Shown piece by piece: positions 1 through 12,700 of a stretch of 64,000 nt of DNA. Within the stretch, counting starts at the first letter, position 1. Each line of letters opens with the position of its first letter. The stretch lies in the NCBI GenBank assembly GCA_002269645.1, contig NIVC01001116.1, forward strand, positions 35,222-99,221, written 5' to 3'. The stretch comes from Macrostomum lignano (Eukaryota). The notes beneath the pieces are model-generated. The model searched no databases and had not been told where the DNA came from. It was given only the letters and a program-made list of their open reading frames with translations. The position numbers and the translations under genes were made by a program.

Positions 1-308
1 GCTACAAAGACCGCTAGTCAAAGAACACAAAGACTACAAAGACCCCTAATTACGAGTAATAAACATAAAGATTTAAAAGCTACAAAGACCGTTAGTTATA
101 CAGTTACACATGGTTTAACGTATTCTTTCAGCTATTTGTTTGTAGCAAAATAGTTCATTGCAGGATTAAAAAAAGTAAAATTAGGCTAATTATTTCTCTG
201 AATCATCGATTTCATCATTTTAATCCTAATAGGCTGGCAAAGGTGAAGCACACGAAAGCTTTTAAAGTCTGCAAACCCACAGGCCCAAATTTTCAGCAAC
301 TCACGTAC

Positions 309-3300
309 CATCAAGACAGACTTTTTCGCCATCCTTCGAGCAACTGTAGTGACCATTGGTGTCGTCATTCATTTCAACGCAATTTTTGTTACACAGCGAC
401 CCGTAGAAGTTCGTCTTGCAGATGAAACGGTAGTTGATGGCCAACCTGAATTATTTAAGAAATACATGCACAATTGTAGGCGTTAGGATTCTGGCAGGAA
501 CACTGCGTTGGGCTGGCGTCCCTATTGTTGGCGCAACTAGTGCTGACGCCCTTGGTGCTAAAGCCCCTGGTGCTAAAGCCCCTGGTGCTAAAGCCCCTGG
601 TGCTAAAGCCCCTGGTGCTAAAGCCCCTGTTGCTAAAGCCCCTGGTGCTAAAGCCCCTGGTGCTAAAGCCCCTGGTGCTAAAGCCCCAGTTGCTAAAGCC
701 CCTGGTGCTAAAGCCCCTGTTGCTAAAGCCCCTGGTGCTAAAGCCCCTGGTGCTAAAGCCCCTGTTGCTAAAGCCCCTGGTGCTAAAGCTCCTGTTGCTA
801 AAGCCCCGGATGCTAAAGCACCGGGTGGTAGAGCCCCTGTTGCTAAAGGCCCTGGTGCTAAAGCCCCTGGTGCTAAAGCCCCTGGTGCTAAAGCCCCTGG
901 TGCTAAAGCCCCAGTTGCTAAAGCCCCTGGTGCTAAAGCCCCTGTTGCTAAAGCCCCTGGTGCTAAAGCCCCTGGTGCTAAAGCCCCTGTTGCTAAAGCC
1001 CCTGGTGCTAAAGCTCCTGTTGCTAAAGCCCCGGATGCTAAAGCACCGGGTGGTAGAGCCCCTGTTGCTAAAGGCCCTGGTGCTAAAGCCCCTGGTGCTA
1101 AAGCCCCTGTTGCTAAAGCCCCTGGTGCTAAAGCCCCTGGTGCTAAAGCCCCTGTTGCTAAAGCCCCTGGTGCTAAAGCTCCTGTTGCTAAAGCCCCGGA
1201 TGCTAAAGCACCGGGTGGTAGAGCCCCTGTTGCTAAAGGCCCTGGTGCTAAAGCCCCTGTTGCTAAAGCCCCTGGTGCTAAAGCCCCTGGTGCTAAAGCC
1301 CCTGTTGCTAAAGCCCCTGGTGCTAAAGCCACTGGTGCTAAAGCCCCTAGTGCTAAAGCCCCTGGTGCTAAAGCCCCTGATGCTAAAGCCTCTGATGCTA
1401 AAGCACCTTGTGCTAAAGCCCCGGATGCTAAAGCCTCTGATGCTAAAGCACCTGGTGCTAAAGCCCCTGATGCTAAAGCCTCTGATGCTAAAGCACCTTG
1501 TGCTAAAGCCCTGGATGCTAAAGCACCGGGTGGTAGCGTCCCTGGTGCTATTAAAGCCCCTAGTGCTAAAGCCCCTGGTGCTAAAGCCCCTGATGCTAAA
1601 GCCTCTGATGCTAAAGCACCTTGTGCTAAAGCCCTGGATGCTAAAGCACCGGGTGGTAGCGTCCCTGGTGCTATTAAAGCCCCTGTTGCTAAAGCCCTTA
1701 TTGTAAACAGACTATGCATTATAAAACTGTTATCAAAAAGCTAAAAGCTGCAAACCTGTGCTTGGTGCTCGGACTAACCAAGTTGGCATATTGTGCAGTC
1801 TGGCTGGGAGCCAGCATATGGGCAAATATGTCCATTGGTTTGTTCTTGCCGCTGGGGTCATAGTCGTCAACGGTCACTATAAGATATATATGCGCCTAAA
1901 AGATATAAGAATAAAAGTTGTAATTCGATCAGATGAAACTTGATACGTGAGACAGCAGCGTGATACATTTTTTAGCATTACCGGATCGTCCATTTTCACG
2001 TCGAAACTGATTGGATTGACCATATTATCAATCACGGTTCCAAATTTGAACACAGTGCCTCGACTGAAGTGGTCAGTCTGCTTGTAGCTGAACAGTGCCT
2101 CTCTGAAATATGTACAGTGCCTTACTTTTACGACTATTAATAGTTATAATATTATTTTAATTGATTACACCTGCCCTAATGGCCAGATGTGCAACCGACA
2201 GCTCAGCCGCAGCTATTGCGCGGCGCATCTGAAGGCTGCGTACGGCTGTTCAGTCCAAGGACTGGGGGGGTCGCCACACGCACCCTCAATTACCCCAGCT
2301 AATGCTGGCACCAATTTTACAGCTGGGTGAACTGAAGCAATGCAGAGTTAAGTGTCTTCATGCTCAAGAGCACAAATTGGTCCGAGTGGGTCGAGAATCG
2401 AACCCCCGACCTTTCTGTAGTGAGTCCGACGCTCTAACCAGTAGGCTACAACCCCTAAATGATATACAGTCTTCCAAATACAATTAAAATTGATTAAAAG
2501 AATACATAGTTATACAGGGCACCACATTAGGAGTGACAGCTGAGTGACAAATTGATCATCTGAGTGACGAGGTGATGGTTTGAGTGACAAATTGATCATC
2601 TGAGGGACGAGGTGATGGTTTGAGTGACAAATTGATCATCTGAGGGACGAGGTGATGGTTTGAGTGACAAATTGATCATCTGAGTGACGAGTTGATGGTT
2701 TGAGTGACAAATTGATCATCTGAGTGACGAGGTGATGGTTTGAGTGACAAATTGATCATCTGAGTGACGAGGTGATGGTTTGAGTGACAAATTGATCATC
2801 TAAGGGACGAGTTGATGGTTTTAGTGACAAATTGATCATCTGAGTGACAAATTGAGCATCTGAGGGACGAGGTGATGGTTTGAGTGACAAATTGATCATC
2901 TGAGGGACGAGGTGATGGTTTGAGTGACAAATTGATCATCTGAGTGACGAGTTGATGGTTTGAGTGACAAATTGATCATCTGAGTGACGAGGTGATGGTT
3001 TGAGTGACAAATTGATCATCTGAGTGACGAGGTGATGGTTTGAGTGACAAATTGATCATCTAAGGGACGAGTTGATGGTTTTAGTGACAAATTGATCATC
3101 TGAGTGACAAATTGAGCATCTGAGTGACAAATTGAGCATCTGAGTGACAAATTGATCATCTGAGTGACGAGTTGATGGTTTGAGTGACAAATTGATCATC
3201 TGAGTGACGACGTGATGGTTTGAGTGACAAATTGATCATCTGAGTGACGAGGTGATGGTTTGAGTGACAAATTGATCATCTAAGGGACGAGTTGATGGTT

Positions 3301-5416
3301 TTAGTGACAAATTGATCATCTGAGTGACAAATTGATCATCTGAGTGACAAATTGAGCATCTGAGTGACAAATTGAGCATCTGAGTGACAAATTGAGCATC
3401 TGAGTGACAAATTGAGCATCTGAGTGACAAATTGAGCATCTGAGTGACAAATTGATCATCTGAGTGACGAGGTGATGGTTTGAGTGACAAATTGATCATC
3501 TGAGTGACGACGTGATGGTTTGAGTGACAAATTGATCATCTGAGTGACGAGGTGATGGTTTGAGTGACAAATTGATCATCTAAGGGACGAGTTGATGGTT
3601 TTAGTGACAAATTGATCATCTGAGTGACAAATTGATCATCTGAGTGACAAATTGAGCATCTGAGTGACAAATTGAGCATCTGAGTGACAAATTGAGCATC
3701 TGAGTGACAAATTGAGCATCTGAGTGACAAATTGATCATCTGAGTGACGAGGTGATGGTTTGAGTGACAAATTGATCATCTGAGATACAAATTGAGCATC
3801 TGAGTGACAAATTGAGCAACTGAGTGACAAATTAAGCTTCTGAGTGACAAATTGAGCATCTGAGTGACAAATTGAGCATCTGAGTGACAAATTGAGCATC
3901 TGAGTGACAAATTAAGCATCTGAGTAGCAAATTAAGCATCTGAGTGACACATTGATCATCTGAGTGACAAATTAAGCATCTGAGTGACAAATTAAGCATC
4001 TGAGTGACAAATTAAGCATCTGAGTGACAAATTGATCATCTGAGTGACAAATTGATCATCTGAGTGACAAATTGATCATCTGAGTGACAAATTGATCATC
4101 TGAGTGACAAATTGATCATCTGAGTGACAAATTGATCATCTGAGTGACAAATTGATCATCTGAGTGACAAATTGATCATCTGAGTGACAAATTGATCATC
4201 TGAGTGACAAATTGAGCATCTGAGTGACAAATTAAGCATCTGAGTGACAAATTGAGCATCTGAGTGACAAATTAAGCATCTGAGTGACAAATTAGGCATC
4301 TGAGTGACAAATTGAGCATCTGAGTGACACATTGATCATCTGAGTGATAAATTGAGCATCTGAGTGACAAATTAAGCATCTGAGTGACAAATTAGGCATC
4401 TGAGTGACAAATTGAGCATCTGAGTGACACATTGATCATCTGAGTGACAAATTGAGCATCTGAGTGACAAATTGAGCATCTGAGTGACAAATTGAGCATC
4501 TGAGTGACAAATTGAGCATCTTGAGTGACAAATTGAGCATCTGAGTGACAAATTAAGCATCTGAGTGACAAATTGATCATCTGAGTGACAAATTGATCAT
4601 CTGAGTGACAAATTGATCATCTGAGTGATAAATTGAGCATCTGAGTGACAAATTAAGCATCTGAGTGACAAATTAGGCATCTGAGTGACAAATTGAGCAT
4701 CTGAGTGACACATTGATCATCTGAGTGACAAATTGAGCATCTGAGTGACAAATTAAGCATCTGAGTGACAAATTAGGCATCTGAGTGACAAATTGAGCAT
4801 CTGAGTGACACATTGATCAACTGAGTGACAAATTGAGCATCTGAGTGACAAATTGAGCATCTGAGTGACAAATTGAGCATCTGAGTGACAAATTGAGCAT
4901 CTTGAGTGACAAATTGAGCATCTGAGTGACAAATTAAGCATCTGAGTGACAAATTGATCATCTGAGTGACAAATTGAGCATTTGAGTGACAAATTGATCA
5001 TCTGAGTGACAAATTGATCATCTGATGTACTGTACAAATTGATCATCTGAGTGACATATTGATCATCTGAGTGACAAATTAAGCATCTGAGTGACAAATC
5101 GATCATTTGAAATTTGAGCTTCTGGGCGAAACTTTGATCAGCTCACCAACCATCACCACAGATCCAAAGAGTCACTGAAACTGAACTGTAAAAATACTTG
5201 AAGACAACAAACGATTCATTAATAAATTTTCTCTGGGCCTGACCCGTTGCCTCCCTCGCGCATCACTTCGAACTTGAAAATGGGGTCGCAGTCTGCGAGC
5301 CGCATCCCGGTGAAGTCGGTTTCGCAGAAAACTCCATCGGCCAACTTTGCGTCTTTGTTTTCGTACCGAATAAACTTGATGCTCAGCTCCGCGTTGCCTG
5401 TCTCTCTGGCCACGTT
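309..5416 (-). CDS. Delta/Serrate-like (C2-type N-terminal domain + DSL domain) gene, partial; runs off the window at the 3' end, 5' exon not found
   Basis: Four GT-AG exons join in frame: 5244-5416, 1982-2102, 1756-1895, 309-445. Translation includes NAELSIKFIRYENKDAKLADGVFCE..., LIVTVDDYDPSGKNKPMD and YRFICKTNFYGSLCNKNCVEMNDDTNGHYSCSKDGEKVCLDG (DSL cysteine pattern). Confidence 0.85.
543..1700. repeat. 15-bp minisatellite (CCCTGGTGCTAAAGC) in an intron of the DSL-like gene
   Basis: Direct tandem copies; source of the APGAK/LKPLV pseudo-ORFs. Confidence 0.97.
2146..2455 (-). mobile_element. tRNA-headed SINE, copy 1
   Basis: On the minus strand: A-box-like TAGCCTACTGG, B-box GGTTCGATTC, a body nearly identical to 36707-37014, and an AT-rich tail. 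Confidence 0.75.
2535..5105. repeat. 20-bp minisatellite (CTGAGTGACAAATTGATCAT) with a higher-order ~41-bp variant in its left half
   Basis: Direct tandem copies filling an intron of the DSL-like gene. Confidence 0.97.
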
Positions 5417-5477
5417 CTGGGACACCGTCAGGGGGGGAGCATGATTTATTAGTCAAAGGCGACAGACAAATCGCTCA

Positions 5478-5590
5478 TACTCATGCTCATACTCATGCTC
5501 ATGCTCATACTCATGCTCATACTCGTGCTCATACTCATGCTCATACTCGTGCTCATACTCATGCTCACACTCATACTTATTCTCATGCTC
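5478..5590. repeat. (CTCATR)n microsatellite
   Basis: Tandem CTCATA/CTCATG hexamers. Confidence 0.85.
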
Positions 5591-6039
5591 ATTCTAATTA
5601 CCAATGGGAAAGCCGTTGTTATACTTTTATCGCTGTTTTAGGTGCGCGTTCTTCCCCTGGCCTATTGTTCGTGTACGAACCCCAAATAAAATTGGTCGCA
5701 CGCAAAGTGTCTAATTCAGCTTAGGAAAAATAAAAAATCGATGTAGCTACATGCAAACTCACCAAATGAAACAGTAGCCACAATAAACAAATGAAATAGT
5801 TTAATTCGACTTGCTGCATGTCTTTCAATCTTCGACGGTCCCGAGAACCGATCTTTCTACGAGTAATACGAGCGAAATGCGATATTCTGTAGACACTATT
5901 ATAGAAAATAATCGGACTATTTTCGAATAACTTTTAACTACATGTATTTTGTCTATGTTAAAGACTTTTAATTACAAATATCAAAAATAAACCAGAACTA
6001 CAGAAGCCATTTTAACTCGAAAATAAATAAAAAATTTAT

Positions 6040-6372
6040 GCCTGGGTCGTGCGTACATTAGGGGGTGAGAGGGCTAGGTCTGGATCGTGCGTACATTAGG
6101 GGTGAGAGGGCTAGGTCTGGGTCGTGCGTACATTAGGGGTGAGAGGGCTAGGCCTGGGTCGTGCGTACATTAGGGGTGAGAGGGCTAGGTCTGGATCGTG
6201 CGTACATTAGGGGTGAGAGGGCTAGGTCTGGGTCGTGCGTACATTAGGGGTGAGAGGGCTAGGCCTGGGTCGTGCGTACATTAGGGGTGAGAGGGCTAGG
6301 CCTGGGTCGTGCGTACATTAGGGGTGAGAGGGCTAGGTCTGGGTCGTGCGTACATTAGGGGTGAGAGGGTTG
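6040..6372. repeat. 37-bp G-rich tandem repeat
   Basis: Unit CTGGGTCGTGCGTACATTAGGGGTGAGAGGGCTAGGT; period 37 measured between 6080 and 6117. Confidence 0.93.
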
Positions 6373-7264
6373 GCCTCATCCGATGCTCGGAATTCGGTGG
6401 TAGCAATCAAAACGAAAATAAAAATCTTTTCAAAGGGTCATAGTAATAGACCACTTTTGCAGAGAGAAATAAAGTTAAAAGAAAGCAGTTTAAATCTAGG
6501 GCACAATTTCGGACATTGGTCAATATGCAGGCTTATTAAACTTGACGTATTGTTGATATTGAAATCATATTTTATATTTTTAATATATCTGTTCGAAGAA
6601 ACGGAACTCGAAAAAGAACAGAAAAGCGTCTGTGGGGTTCAAAGTGAGATATAATTTATAGAGTAAGAAATCTCGCACTGCTCAATGTAATACCGATTGC
6701 ATGAGAGCATTATTTATAAGTGTAGTATGCATATATATACACTACCAAGACGCAAACGACAAAGCCATTTATAGACTTAAATTTAATATACTGAAATCTC
6801 AACTAGAAATATGAAGTCACGGGCCAATTACCAGAAAATGGTTAAATCAGGAAAAGCTGACCAGGTTATTATGTCCGAGTCTGCGGATATGAAGGTGACT
6901 TAATAAAACAAGCAAGATTACAGTAAAGCAAATATACAAACCAATAACAGGTTGCAGTGAGATTTAGGATTCAAAACTTTATTGAAATTTGTGCTGATGT
7001 TGATTCTAATAATGAAATGATAATATAATAATATTGCCAGTAAAAATGTTAAATAACAAGGGTCATTAGTAAAGCAAGAAGAGATAACTCCACTCTTTCT
7101 TTGGAACTTACTAAAGTTTATATTTATATCTCAGTAACGCATAATTGCTTTGTTGACACATCCGAAAATTCATAATTAGGCGATAGAATAAGAGATAAAA
7201 AGTTTATGCAGTTAGACAATAATAATTTCGATTTTAGGAGTCACTCTGAACTAGGGGAAAATTA

Positions 7265-8090
7265 GGTTTGGTCTGGACCGTGCGTACATTATGGGATGAG
7301 GGGTTGGTCAAAGGCATGCGTACATTAGGTTTGAGAGACATTAGTCAGGGGTACGTACATTAGGGGTGAGAGGGGTTGGTCAGGGGTGCGAACATTAGGG
7401 GTGAGAGGGGTTGGTCAGGGGTGCGAACATTAGGGGTGAGAGGGATTGGTCAGGGGTGCGAACATTAGGGGTGAGAGGGGTTGGTCAGGGGTGCGAACAT
7501 TAGGGGTGAGAGGGATTGGTCAGGGGTGCGTACATTATGGGGTGAGGGGTGTTGGTCTGGGGGTGCGTACATTAGGGATGAGAGGGGTTGGTCAGGGGTG
7601 CGTACATTAGGGATGAGAGGGGTTGGTCAGGGGTGCGAACATTAGGGATGAGAGGGATTGGTCAGGGGTGCGTACATTATGGGGTGAGGGGTGTTGGTCT
7701 GGGGGTGCGTACATTAGGGATGAGAGGGGTTGGTCAGGGGTGCGTACATTAGGGATGAGAGGGGTTGGTCAGGGGTGCGAACATTAGGGATGAGAGGGGT
7801 TGGTCAGGGGTGCGAACATTAGGGGTGAGAGGGGTTGGTCAGGGGTGCGAACATTAGGGGTGAGAGGGGTTGGTCAGGGGTGCGAACATTAGGGGTGAGA
7901 GGGGTTGGTCAGGGGTGCGAACATTAGGGGTGAGAGGGATTGGTCAGGGGTGCGTACATTAGGGGTGAGAGGGATTGGTCAGGGGTGCGTACATTATGGG
8001 GTGAGGGGTGTTGGTCTGAGGGTGCGTACATTAGGGATGAGAGGGGTTGGTCAGGGGTGCGAACATTAGGGGTGAGAGGGGTTGGTCTAG
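7265..8090. repeat. 35-bp G-rich tandem repeat related to the 37-bp array
   Basis: Unit GGTCAGGGGTGCGAACATTAGGGGTGAGAGGGGTT; period 35 measured between 7381 and 7416. Confidence 0.93.
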
Positions 8091-9173
8091 TCCACGAGTA
8101 GCCAGTCTAAATTACAACTATCAATAGGACACAAACTTTAATAGTATTATCTTACACAGGTTTTTTTAAGGATTTGCCCATTATCAAATCTTGTACAACA
8201 TTTACTTGGAAATTAAAAACAATGGTAAAAGTTTTCTAGGAAAAGTGACGATATCTCTGGTTATATATGATATCAATATAAAAGTATAATTCGTCACAGT
8301 TAAAGATTTTTACAAAGAACTCAAGTAATAAAGTACGATACTCGCATAATAATTAGTGTAAGCAATTAAAGTTTATAAAAAAACAACTTGAACGTAATGT
8401 TAGTCGACTCTTAATTGCAACACCTTAAGTAGGTGGGGAATCAAAAGTAAAATAAGTGAGTTATTAATGATGAGTTGATAAAAAAAATAACAGAAGCAAA
8501 GAAGCAGAAAAGTGATCTTCAGAAAGATTATTAATATATGTATAGAGTACTCACTTATGCAAAATCTTTACAGATACACAGATAATGATTGGGGCCAAGA
8601 TAAAACAAAAATAAACTTACTAGCTAAAAATAAGTTTACAAAACACGGTAACGAGTTTTAATAACCACAACTATTGCTAGTCAAAAAGCTACTTACAGTA
8701 AAGGTGCGCAACAGTAGCTATTATAATAGTTAATATTTACGATTCAGAACTCGTATTCGAAGAAATCAATGACAATTATGACTCACTGGTGTGTTGTCAA
8801 AACAAAGATGGGATTAGTAGGAGTGCTATTTTTTCGATTGACTTTTTCTATCTATTTTGCAAGGCATTGACAAATGGTTCATTAATTTGTTTAGGAAAAT
8901 TTTACACGATTATCAAACCTACTGCACACCTATCAACATGTTGCTTCTTTATCAGTTTCTTTATCATTTTCTTTATCAGTACCAGACATCAAATTAGCCG
9001 ATGCAATTATTAATTACTCACTACTCAATAACAGGCGACAGTAATTAAGAAAACAACGATTACTTTTATCTTATCTCTATTGATTGCTAGACCGTAATTA
9101 TGACCTATCAGGTATCAGGCATCTCTATATACGTATAGCATATGCCTTGTATCGTATTTAGAAGAACATTGTC

Positions 9174-9690
9174 GGGGCCGTAGCCCAGTGGTCTAGCGCG
9201 GCGCTCTGATGTGCCAGCGGCCCAGGCTCGATTCCAAGTACAGTCACATTAATTTGGGGCTGAATTGGAATCTCGGCTTGGCTCTGCTCGTGTAATTAAC
9301 GGCCTTGAAGGCCAACTCCCAAGACACAGTGAAGTGTACATGCCTACAGATAAATAAAGTTAGGGCCGCTGTACACTCCTGTGTGAGTGTGTGCCTGTGC
9401 GTATGACTGCGTACGTATCCGCGCGCTTGTTGCCTGCTCAGGGGAGTCGGCGGAATGGGCAGCAATGCTGGTTGTGTGACAATGTCGCTTAAAGTGCACC
9501 AGGGTGCATACAGTCCCTGTTTCTAATAAAAAAGGAGTTATTAAAATACTATTTATAATACAAAATATTAGCTTGCCAACCCATCCCATCCGCAATGAAT
9601 AGTGGAGACTGATTGTATCGCAATAAAAACGGCCTGGACTGACACCTGGGGCGCCCAAGCGAAAAAAACTGCTACTACTACTATTACTAC
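9174..9690 (+). mobile_element. Possible second tRNA-headed SINE
   Basis: Head GGGGCCGTAGCCCAGTGG...GCTCGATTCC (A/B-box-like) and a (TAC)n tail near 9670-9690; no second copy in the window. Confidence 0.4.
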
Positions 9691-9750
9691 AAGTAGTAGA
9701 ACACAGTAAATCAATTTGACTTCGCTAGGTTTTTCTTCAATCGTTTTACA

Positions 9751-12700
9751 TCAACCACTCTCGTTCTCGGCCAAGCGCTCTTTGGCGATCTGCTCGCAGC
9801 AGTAGACTAAAGCGGAGTGCAGGTGTGTGTGCAGCCGGATCTGCCTGGGCGGCTTTCCGCCCGCCCGGCGAACCTGCAGACAGAAGCAGCCGGTGTCCTC
9901 GTCTGAACTCCAGGCTAGGACGTCCGACCAATCGAATCTGATCACCTGGGATTGTTTTCCAGCGAAGGGACCAATGTATTCGAGACGGGCAATCCGAAGC
10001 AATTATTGATACTAAAGAATCGAGCTTATAAACCATAAATATTGCCTAGATTTAAAACCGAAAGTGAGGAATGTTGGAGTAAACAGTGGAAACCGGAAGC
10101 GAGATGCTGAAGTGAACAATGGAAACCGGAAGTGGGGAATGCTGAGATAAACAATGAAAACCGGAAGTGACCCGGGATGCTGAAGTTAACAGTGAAAACC
10201 GGAAGTGAGGGATGCTGAAGGGAAAAATGGAAATCGGAAGTGAGGGATGCTGAAGTGAACAATGGAAACCGGAAGTCAAAAATGTTGAAGTGAACAATGG
10301 AAACTGGAAGTGAGGGATGCTGAAATAAACAATGGAAACCGAAAGGGATGGATGCTGAAGTGAATAATGGAAACCGGAAATGAGAGATTCTGAAATAAAC
10401 ATTGGAAACCGGAATTGAGGGATGCTGAATTGAACAATGGAAACCGGAAGTGAGGGATGCTGAAGTTAACAGTGGAAACCGGAAGTGAGGGATGCTGAAG
10501 TTAACAGTGGAAACCGGAAATGAGATACTGGAGTAAACAATGAAAACCGGAAGTGAGAGACGCTGAAGTTAACAGTGAAAACCGGAAGTGAGAGATGCTG
10601 AAGTGTCCGTTCTGAAGTCTCACCTGTTCCAACGGCGCGCCAATCTCGTCGGCTGCCTGCAGTCGCAGAGCCGCCCAGCCCAGCCGTGGAATGACGCGGC
10701 CCTCTTTTCTAGCGTCGCAGGGGCAGTGCGGAAACGCCACCTCGGCGTAGCCAGGTTGTTGCCTGGCCAAGCTGAGGTATTCGGCTTCGCCACCCGGCTC
10801 GGCAAGGCGCTCCTGAGCGCGCTTCATCTCCGGAGTGGCCTGTATGAGGAAGCCCTGTAGGGAGAGGGTGTCACATTTGTAAACAAAACAAATGAAGGAA
10901 ACAAATACTGGAGCATGTAGAAATGTAGAAACACAGAGAGTGAAACTATACTACAAAGACTGCGAATTGGGAAAATTCAAAAAGATAGAGGCTACAAAGA
11001 CCACTAATTAAATCAATACGAAGACTTGAAAGCTACAAAGACCACTAATTAGATACAAACAAAGACCTGAAAGCTACAAAGACCACTAATTAGATCAATA
11101 CGAAGAGTTGAAAGCTACAAAGACCACTGATTAGATACAAACAAAGACCTGAAAACTACAAAGACCACTAATTAGATCAAAAACCCGAATGCTACAAAGA
11201 CCACTGATTAGATACAAAAACCCGAATGCTACAAAGACCACTGATTAGATACAAAGACCCGAATGCTACAAAGACCCGAAAGCTACAAAGACCACTAATT
11301 AGATACAAAGACCCGAAAGCTACAAAGACCACTGATTAGATACAAAGACCCGAAAGCTACAAAGACCACTGATTAGATACAAAGACCCGAATGCTACAAA
11401 GACCACTGATTAGATACAAAGACCCGAAAGCTACAAAGACCACTGATTAGATACAAAGACCCGAATGCTACAAAGACCACTGATTAGATACAAAGACCCG
11501 AATGCTACAAAGACCACTAATTAGATACAAAGACCCGAAAGCTACAAAGAAAGTACCTGACAGGCCTCTTCAACAGCCTGAGCGCACAGCAAGTGCAGGG
11601 CGGCGCTACTAGCCGAGATCAGGGCAGCCTCAGCTGAGGGACTGAACAGCCACCGTTTGAGCAGCAGGCAGGTAGCGGCTGACACGGCCGAGCTGCAATA
11701 ATTTTGCACATACAGAGCGTGCGGCTGCTCAGAGTCGGCAACCCGCCTATCGAATCCCTCTTCTTCGGTTTCGAATAGCGCAAAAGAGTTGCGCAACAAT
11801 TGCTGCTGCTGCTGTTGGGCAGGCGTTGACAAGCCGGCCTTGTCCAGCACTAGCGATACAACGTTAATAGCTTTCTCAGTTCGGCCACACCGGATAGCAA
11901 CTAATCTTCGATCTGGTAGCAGCACTTTCATTTCTACATCAGCATGCGGATCGGAGCTGGTTAGAAACTCCTGCATAGCCGAGCATTCAGCGATGACGCG
12001 GACAGCGCAGACGCGTTCCAGATATTTTTCTAGGCCTCGGCGACGGCTGTCCAGTTGCTGCTCGCTCAGGGCGAACGGCCAGCGACCTGTCAGTTGGAGA
12101 GCAGTCGGTTTACCTTTTAATAATTATTATCTAAATATTTTCGAGTCTTTTATGATTTGCTTTGTGTAAGTAGAGACACTCATAGAGATGTTGCTTTATA
12201 GATCTATAGACACTCATAGATGTTGCTTTATAGATCTAGAGACACTTATAGATGTTGCTTTATCGATGTAGAGACACTTATAGATGTTGCTTTATAGATC
12301 TAGAGACCCTTAACTTGTAGATGTTGCTTTATAGATCTAGAGACACTTAACTTGTAGATGTTGCTTTATAGATCTAGAGACACTTAACTTGTAGATGTTG
12401 CTTTATAGATCTAGAGACCCTTAACTTGTAGATGTTGCTTTATAGATCTAGAGACACTTAACTTGTAGATGTTGCTTTATAGATCTAGAGACACTTAACT
12501 TGTAGATGTTGCTTTATAGATCTAGAGACCCTTAACTTGTAGATGTTGCTTTATAGATCTAGAGACACTTATAGACATGTTGCTTTATAGATCTAGAGAT
12601 CCTTATAGACATGTTGTTTTATAGATCTAGAGACCCTTAACTTTTAGATGTTGCTTTATAGATCTAGATACCCTAATAGACATGTTGTTTTATAGATCTA

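Noticed and set aside
434-1744. Long ORFs in three frames (APGAK, LKPLV, ALAPG)
   Set aside because: Translation of a stop-free 15-bp minisatellite inside an intron whose flanking exons splice in phase.
3236-5106. Cys/His-rich LRCSICHSD ORFs resembling zinc fingers
   Set aside because: By-product of the 20-bp repeat; intronic.
6040-8090. Interstitial telomere
   Set aside because: TTAGGG occurs once per 35-37-bp unit, not in tandem.
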